DNA of 64,000 nt from a virus: the IMG/VR virus record IMGVR_UViG_3300042090_002370, positions 1 through 64,000 of that record; one strand, given 5' to 3'. This document shows positions 58,380 through 64,000 of this stretch, piece after piece (positions within the stretch are counted from its first letter, which is position 1; each line of letters opens with the position of its first letter). Below the pieces are notes generated by a model, which was given only the letters and a program-made list of their open reading frames with translations, did not search any database and was not told the origin of the DNA. The translations under genes and the position numbers were made by a program.

Positions 58380-59248
58380 AGCGCTGGTCCTCTCAGTCCC
58401 CTGCGTAGTTGGCGTGGTGAGTCATCTCGTACACTTGCTGGCTCGCATGTGTAGGCCCAGGGGCAGAACTGGCAGATGACGGTTTCGGTTCGTGGTGGTA
58501 GCTGGTTTCTCGCTGCATGCGCCGTAGCGTCAATGCAGCGATTCTCTACCTCCACCCAGATTTTTGGCTGCCACACCATCAGCCATGGTGCCTGTGAGTT
58601 GGTGTTGTTTTGATTGGACTTGTTCATGTAGAAGAACCAGATGAGCGGAACGTCAAGGCAGGCCATGTAGATGTGCCCCTGACGTATGTGCTGTTCCTCG
58701 GGGACCTTGAGCTTCTCGTACTCGGGAGCGGACTTGCTCTTGATCTCGAGACCAATGCGCAGCACGAGCTCATCTGTGTCTAGGTCGAAGAAGCTGAAAA
58801 TGCCATCGCAGCTGGAGTGGATGTTGTAGTGCGCGGCGATGGCCTGGAATTTCGGGCTCACTGGCGCCTCAGACTCGAACGCCATACGGCAGTTCATCTT
58901 CTCTGCGATGTGCTCCGCGAAGGTTTTGGCCTGCCCGATGACCTGCTGCTTGGCCATCTTGTGGAAGTCCCGCTGCAGCATGTCGTGTATGGCTGAGCCA
59001 ACCTTGAAGCGCTGTTTCCAGAACTTCGAGACGTTGTTCTTCTTGGGCACGTTCATCAGTGAGTAGACGACCTTGCGCAGGCACGGGTAGAGCTCCGAGG
59101 CGTGGATGCCAGGGGCCCTCTCGTGACTGTCCGCTTGGTCGAATGCGATGAACTCGTCGTACATGTCTGAGAGCTGCAGCGCCTGACCTACGCGAAAGGC
59201 TACTTCTTCAGGTGGGCCGTTCAGATCTGCGATTCTGGCTAGCGGCAT
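58376..59248 (-). CDS. Cas4-like / PD-(D/E)xK exonuclease
   Basis: HASEL..C.R, CDG, EIKS, Q...YM, CQFCPW...C (Fe-S cysteines). Confidence 0.8.
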   Translation of the reverse strand: MPLARIADLNGPPEEVAFRVGQALQLSDMYDEFIAFDQADSHERAPGIHASELYPCLRKVVYSLMNVPKKNNVSKFWKQRFKVGSAIHDMLQRDFHKMAKQQVIGQAKTFAEHIAEKMNCRMAFESEAPVSPKFQAIAAHYNIHSSCDGIFSFFDLDTDELVLRIGLEIKSKSAPEYEKLKVPEEQHIRQGHIYMACLDVPLIWFFYMNKSNQNNTNSQAPWLMVWQPKIWVEVENRCIDATAHAARNQLPPRTETVICQFCPWAYTCEPASVRDDSPRQLRRGLRGPAL

Positions 59249-59774
59249 AGAGCTCCTTGAGGTCGTTGGAATGGAGGACAGCGAAGCGGTCTTTCAGCTT
59301 CCCAGTACCCTGGGTGAGGAAGTCTATAAACAGTACGGCTAGCTCTCCGTGGGTTGCTTCGCCGGCGATCTTGTAGAGCTCATCGAGCTTGAGGCTGAAG
59401 GACTCGGCTTGTGTGAACTTGGCCTCGATGCGGAGCTCCCCCTTCTTGCGATTGTCCCCCTTCGTCCCGGCTTGGTTGCCGGAGCCAGGCTGCCGGCGGG
59501 CGCCCCACTCCTCTTGGATGTCGAGCTCCTGGCGTAGGGAGGACCGCTGGTTGGACCTGAGGGCCTTCTTGCGCGGTGCCGGGCCTGGGGCGAGTTCGTG
59601 CATCGGCACGTTGGTCTTCTGGCCGTCGCAGTTCATCAGGCAGGTGGAACACAGCGGCTCGGCGTCACCGTAGTGGCCGTCCACGAGCAGCATGAAGCCG
59701 AGGACCCAGACGCCCTCGGCCTTACACTTCGAGCAGATGCCGATTTTCGCTACGGTGTTCAGCGATACGCGCAC
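59208..59774 (-). CDS. PD-(D/E)xK nuclease (Hjc-like) with N-terminal zinc finger
   Basis: PGSG....KGD....RIEAK. Confidence 0.7.
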   Translation of the reverse strand: MRVSLNTVAKIGICSKCKAEGVWVLGFMLLVDGHYGDAEPLCSTCLMNCDGQKTNVPMHELAPGPAPRKKALRSNQRSSLRQELDIQEEWGARRQPGSGNQAGTKGDNRKKGELRIEAKFTQAESFSLKLDELYKIAGEATHGELAVLFIDFLTQGTGKLKDRFAVLHSNDLKELYAASQNRRSERPT

Positions 59775-61018
59775 TGAACCCCCGCGGCGGTGAGCAGCAT
59801 GCGTCTCAGTAACAGCTCAAGCTCGAAGTCCGCCTTCATCATGTCGACAAGGCGGTCGACACCAGCGAGCTTCTTGAGCCCCTCGAGCGGTTCCATCGTG
59901 GTCGGATTGTAGACGGTGATGTATCCGTCGTCGGCTGCGGCGATGCCCTGTTGCACCAAGGCTTCGACGATCATCTTCTGGTCCTCGGTAAGCTTCTCGA
60001 AGTGGAAGTCGAACTCGCCGGTGACGCCGTCGTGCACGCCAGCCTTCCCCTTCATGATCTCGTAGTTGACAGTCTTGCTGACGGCGACCTTCTTCTGCTT
60101 CTGTTTCTCCTTCTCTTCTGCCTCTGCGGCTGGACCAACGCCCTTCACGACCTCGCGCTCCTTGCTGCCCGGTTTCACTAGGATGTCGATGAGCTTGCCG
60201 TGCTTGGCTGCCCACGCTCCCATCGCGGCGTAGTCGGGCAGGAACTTCTGGATGTGTGCCATGGCCTCTGCCTTCTTGTTGTTGGCGCGCACCTGTGCGG
60301 TGAAGATGACCGTTGTCGGGTTGGGGCCGTAGTAGCCCGTGGTCCCGTTCAGGTAGTGTTGGAAGAAGCGTGTGAGCATGCCAGCGGCCGCGGCCCTCTT
60401 CGCCGGCTCGTCCAGGTCCTTCATGGCGTCGGCCTCAGGGAGGCAGGCGGACACGGAGTCCAGGCAGATGAGGTCGAAGCACTTGGCCTCGAAGCACTTG
60501 AGCATTGACTCCAAGAGCTCTTCACCTGTCGCCCCTCGGAGGATCTTGAGCTCGCCTACTGTATCCGTGCGGAGGCTCTTGAGATCCTCCTTGGTGAAGG
60601 AGGGGAGCCCGCGTCTCTTGAGCTCATCTACGCGCTCTGCGATCATCTCTTCAGGGATGGCGAGCTGTACACCGCAGCGCCGCATCCAGAAGTGGTCAGG
60701 AGCGGCTTCGCTGACCGCGAGCACCTGCGCGGACTGCTTCCCGTATAAGCGCTGGTTCATTGCGAGGTACTTGTAGAGCAAGAAGGTCTTGCCAGTACCG
60801 TCAGGTCCGGACAGGTACGTGAGGCCGCCGGCGGGCAAGCCGCCCCCCGTATCAATGTCTAAGCCGATGATGCCGGAGGGCCGCCTTAGGAAGTACGTGT
60901 TGGGCGCCGTGTCGATGTCAGCCATGACACGAGCGCCCTTCACCTTCGGCTTCTTATTGAGCCGAGCCTCGAGGCCGGCGATCTTTCTTGTAAGTTCGTT
61001 CACCGGCATCCGAGGCAT
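59759..61018 (-). CDS. RecA/UvsX-like recombinase
   Basis: GGGLPAG, GPDGTGKT Walker A, ICLDSV Walker B, IFTAQVR. Confidence 0.85.
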   Translation of the reverse strand: MPRMPVNELTRKIAGLEARLNKKPKVKGARVMADIDTAPNTYFLRRPSGIIGLDIDTGGGLPAGGLTYLSGPDGTGKTFLLYKYLAMNQRLYGKQSAQVLAVSEAAPDHFWMRRCGVQLAIPEEMIAERVDELKRRGLPSFTKEDLKSLRTDTVGELKILRGATGEELLESMLKCFEAKCFDLICLDSVSACLPEADAMKDLDEPAKRAAAAGMLTRFFQHYLNGTTGYYGPNPTTVIFTAQVRANNKKAEAMAHIQKFLPDYAAMGAWAAKHGKLIDILVKPGSKEREVVKGVGPAAEAEEKEKQKQKKVAVSKTVNYEIMKGKAGVHDGVTGEFDFHFEKLTEDQKMIVEALVQQGIAAADDGYITVYNPTTMEPLEGLKKLAGVDRLVDMMKADFELELLLRRMLLTAAGVQCAYR

Positions 61019-61177
61019 CTACTTCTTCTCCGTCTCGAATGGCTCGGTTCCACAGTTGTTGCACGTGAGCGTGGCGCCGTGTCTTGCGACGCGACCACCG
61101 CACTTTGGGCACCCCTGCATGGCCTGCTTCTCGAGTTCTTCTTGATTCGCGCCTTCTTCCACGCCGAATTTTTCCAT
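61019..61177 (-). CDS. Small zinc-ribbon protein
   Basis: GGAGG RBS; CPKCG...CNNCG. Confidence 0.65.
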   Translation of the reverse strand: MEKFGVEEGANQEELEKQAMQGCPKCGGRVARHGATLTCNNCGTEPFETEKK

Positions 61178-61314
61178 GGTGTCCTCCGTTCTGAATGTAA
61201 TCCTACGCGGTGTCGCCGTCGGTTCGATATCGTTCGAGCAAGCACCATCGTGATTTGGGTTGAGAATGCAGTACTGCGCCCCTATGTGCGTAGAGAAAGC
61301 CTTGCCGCACAGTT

Positions 61315-63378
61315 CTACTTTGCGTTCGCCCATGACGGGCCCTTTCCGATGGAGATGGTGAGGGGGACAGCGAGGTCTGTGGGTAGTGGGTGCTGCATCA
61401 GTTCGCTGATCTCTGTCATGCACTCGTCTGCTGTCTCCTCCGGGCACTCGAACATGAGCTCGTCGTGAATCTGGAGGAGCATCTTGCAGCCGTACTTGTA
61501 CTCGAGGTTTGCCTTCGAGACCTTGATCATCGCCATGCGTACGACGTCGGCTGCGGAGCCCTGGATGTTGTTGTTCACTGCCTTCCGCTCTTCGCCCCAC
61601 CGGTCCATCGTGTTGCGTGAGTTGATGCTGGGGTGGAAGCGCCGGCGGCCGAGGACCGTGGACGAGAACCCGGTCTGACGGGCCTCTGTCTTGGCGGATT
61701 CGTAGAAGTCCTCGATGGCCGGGTAGGTCTTGAAGTACCGGTCGATGATGTCGAGCGCTTCGTCCTCGGAGATGCCCAGATCGCGCGCAAGCTTCTTCTC
61801 CTTCATGCCGTAGTTCAGTCCGAAGGAGACGGTCTTGATGGCGTTCCTGGCGAAGACTGCGAGTCGAATCTCCTCGGTGCGGTCGGAGTCGTGGAGCTTG
61901 CCCTCCTTGATGAGCCCGTCGATCTTCTTCGCGTTCTTCAGGAAGTCGTACGTGAGGCGGAAGCCGTACTTCTTGGCGTAGATGTCCCCGTACACTAGCT
62001 CGGCGGAGCCCATATGGATGTCCTTGCCGTCGAGGAAGATCTGAATCATGTCTCGAGCGCCCATGGGATTCTCGGGCGTGACGGTGGCGCAGGCCAGGAG
62101 CCGCATCTCGAGTGCCGCGTAGTCGGCAACGATGAGTGTGTTGCCGCTGTTAGGCTGTGGCTGGAACGCGCCGCGTAGTCTGAACCTGTCCTTGTCGGGC
62201 GTTGGGACGTTCTGCAGGTTAGGATTAGATGAGCTTAGCCGTCCAGTGCGCGCGATGTCTTGGTTGAACCGCGTGTGCATACGGCCGAAGCTGTCGCGGT
62301 GTTGGTCGACGTTGTTGATGTACGTACTGAGGAGCTTCTCCAGCTTTGAATACTCCTCGAGCGCGTCTGCCATAGGGCTCTCCTCGGCGTAGTGCTCGAG
62401 GAACTTTTTGTCGATACTGGCCTTCTTGACGCCGCTCTTGCCGCCCTTGGTCATCATGAGCGGCCGCAACCCCTCCATGTTCAGGAAGTAGTCGCGTTTC
62501 TGCTCGACCGAGTTCGGGTTGAAGTTGACGTTACCTGATAGCTGAACCATCTTCATCTTCAGCTCGTCGAGCGTCCGCTGCATACCGGTACCAAGGTTGG
62601 TCAGGTAGTCCTTGTTGACGTAGACGCCGTTGCGCTCGCAGCCGAAGAGCACCTTGGTGAACGGTACCTCGGTCAGGAAGAACAGGTCGGCCATGGTCGG
62701 CAGCCACTCTGGGTAGAGTGTGTTGAGCCGCTCGTGCTCGAGTTCCTTCCTCAGTTTCTCGTAGATGCATAAGGTGCCGTACGCGTCGTTGGAGGCGTAG
62801 TCGACGAGTTTCTCGAGGTTGTCCTTCTCGAAGCGCTTGAGGAGCTCGTGAATCTCTTCTCGTCGATTGGGGTAAACGAGCTTGCCGGCATTGGTTTTGG
62901 TGGCGCCGACCAGCTTGGGCGGTTTGCTGGTGTCGGGAACCATCTCACGCGGGAACGTGTCGAAGAAGTCGGTCCAGCGCCAGCCGAGGACGCTCTTAGC
63001 CATGTCCTTCAGCTTGTGGGACTCCTCTTCGTAGAGGAGCGCGTGCATAACTTGCGTGTCGGCGCAGTCGCCGGCGAACTGAACACCGACATTGCTCAGC
63101 ATGTGCATGTCGAACTTCGCGTTGGCGAAGACCCAGCGTACTGTCTCGTCCACGAAGGAATCGTGGAAGTATCGCAGCGTTTCAATGGGCATGCAGACAC
63201 GGCGCTGTCCCCAAGACAGCGACCAGAAGAGCGGCATGTCCTTCCACACCACGAGGCCTGTCGTCTCGGTGTCTATAGCGAGGACGTCTTGGTCACGTAC
63301 TTCTCGTACTAAGCCGTCTAGCCGCTCGTCCCCCATGGGGTACCACTCGGCATCCGGCATGTCGATGTTCCAACCCAT
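61315..63378 (-). CDS. polA: Family A DNA polymerase with 3'-5' exonuclease and no 5'-3' exonuclease domain
   Basis: DTETTG, NAKFD, TGRLSS..PNLQN, ADYAALEMR, K.V.FG.NYG, IQGSAAD, QIHDEL. Confidence 0.95.
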   Translation of the reverse strand: MGWNIDMPDAEWYPMGDERLDGLVREVRDQDVLAIDTETTGLVVWKDMPLFWSLSWGQRRVCMPIETLRYFHDSFVDETVRWVFANAKFDMHMLSNVGVQFAGDCADTQVMHALLYEEESHKLKDMAKSVLGWRWTDFFDTFPREMVPDTSKPPKLVGATKTNAGKLVYPNRREEIHELLKRFEKDNLEKLVDYASNDAYGTLCIYEKLRKELEHERLNTLYPEWLPTMADLFFLTEVPFTKVLFGCERNGVYVNKDYLTNLGTGMQRTLDELKMKMVQLSGNVNFNPNSVEQKRDYFLNMEGLRPLMMTKGGKSGVKKASIDKKFLEHYAEESPMADALEEYSKLEKLLSTYINNVDQHRDSFGRMHTRFNQDIARTGRLSSSNPNLQNVPTPDKDRFRLRGAFQPQPNSGNTLIVADYAALEMRLLACATVTPENPMGARDMIQIFLDGKDIHMGSAELVYGDIYAKKYGFRLTYDFLKNAKKIDGLIKEGKLHDSDRTEEIRLAVFARNAIKTVSFGLNYGMKEKKLARDLGISEDEALDIIDRYFKTYPAIEDFYESAKTEARQTGFSSTVLGRRRFHPSINSRNTMDRWGEERKAVNNNIQGSAADVVRMAMIKVSKANLEYKYGCKMLLQIHDELMFECPEETADECMTEISELMQHPLPTDLAVPLTISIGKGPSWANAK

Positions 63379-63397
63379 AGCTCTCCTAGTGTGCATG

Positions 63398-63421
63398 GAA
63401 CCCCGCCCGAAGGCGGGGCTC
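63398..63421 (-). promoter_or_regulatory. C(UUCG)G tetraloop hairpin just upstream of the polymerase RBS
   Basis: Minus strand CCCCGCC-TTCG-GGCGGGG; no long U tract. Confidence 0.55.
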
Positions 63422-63435
63422 CGCGCACGGTGGCC

Positions 63436-64000
63436 TCAGCTTGTCTTGGGGCCGTAGTTGGTGAACGGCTGTGTTCCTGGTGCGCCAGTTACTGGCGTAC
63501 GCCCGGTGGTTGGCGGTGCGGCACCAAATCGAGAGATCTGATACTCCATCGAGTCTGGGGCGTAGCGGGCGACGAGGTCTACGGGTACAGCCATCTCTGC
63601 AAAGTCAGGTGCGACAGGTCGCGGCGGTGACCAACCCATGACTTGTAGCATTTTGGCCTTCTGGCCTGGTACCTCGGTGAGTTGTACGCGAATGTCGACG
63701 TCGAACAGCCCGGCGCGCTTACCAACCTGACCGAGCTTTTCGCATTCTACGCAGATGATCTCTTCGCGAAGTAGGCTCTTCTCGCCGCAGGCCGGGCATT
63801 CGTATGGCCGGTCCGTAAGCTTGTAGATCTCGTCCCATTTCAGTGAGGTGTTGCTCATGTCGATGGCAGGTTCGCCGCAGTGGCGGCAAGCCCAGACGAG
63901 GCTTCGGATAGGCGACTCGGTGCGGCCGTCTGGCTTGAGGTCCATTGTGCGGCAGACGGCGCACGACTGCCCGATGTTGACCTCAGAAGCGATGAGCACT
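63436..64000 (-). CDS. Multi-CxxC replication-module protein; 5' end lies outside the window
   Basis: CAVC, CRHC, CPAC, CVEC. Confidence 0.65.
   Translation of the reverse strand, partial: VLIASEVNIGQSCAVCRTMDLKPDGRTESPIRSLVWACRHCGEPAIDMSNTSLKWDEIYKLTDRPYECPACGEKSLLREEIICVECEKLGQVGKRAGLFDVDIRVQLTEVPGQKAKMLQVMGWSPPRPVAPDFAEMAVPVDLVARYAPDSMEYQISRFGAAPPTTGRTPVTGAPGTQPFTNYGPKTS

Noticed and set aside
58376-59248. Cas4-like gene as evidence of CRISPR-Cas
   Set aside because: No repeat-spacer array or other cas genes seen; stand-alone Cas4-like nucleases are usual in phage recombination modules.
59759-63378. Inteins or introns in the RecA-like and polymerase genes
   Set aside because: Lengths are ordinary, motifs are contiguous, and there are no intein splice-junction or LAGLIDADG blocks.

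Overview
A 64-kb, roughly 60% GC segment of a large (jumbo-type) tailed dsDNA phage genome, probably contractile-tailed. The host is inferred to be a high-GC soil bacterium, possibly Myxococcota; this is not proven. 1-30 kb (+ strand) is a dense accessory region of small coupled ORFs. It includes Ala-rich tandem paralogs, a pectin-acetylesterase-family secreted esterase, a 5'-truncated TnpB, PyrE, an M14 peptidase, a SWIM protein, a DnaQ-like exonuclease, a GH25 endolysin, a glycosyltransferase-sulfotransferase fusion, MazG, a HAD nucleotidase and RNase HII. 30-55 kb (+) is mostly baseplate, tail and fibre genes plus an InPase-domain protein and a divergent ThyX. 55.6-64 kb (-) is a replication/recombination module: family A polymerase, RecA-like, PD-(D/E)xK nucleases and RusA-like. 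Main observations not explained by the ORF track: (1) the M14 gene is a ~740-nt transposase-free cassette splitting a small phage gene that reads through in frame if the cassette is removed, with CTAA-loop hairpins at both junctions; (2) a probable programmed -1 frameshift (G GGA AAA plus a downstream 11-bp stem) in a non-tail gene; (3) variable all-NNG Ala codon tracts; (4) a short peptide motif LxDxAE(Q/R)R shared by four otherwise unrelated small proteins; (5) two promoter classes and terminators ending in TAGC; (6) a candidate sigma70-driven structured ncRNA. I saw no tRNA, rRNA or CRISPR array. All family assignments come from motifs recognised by eye, not from database searches.
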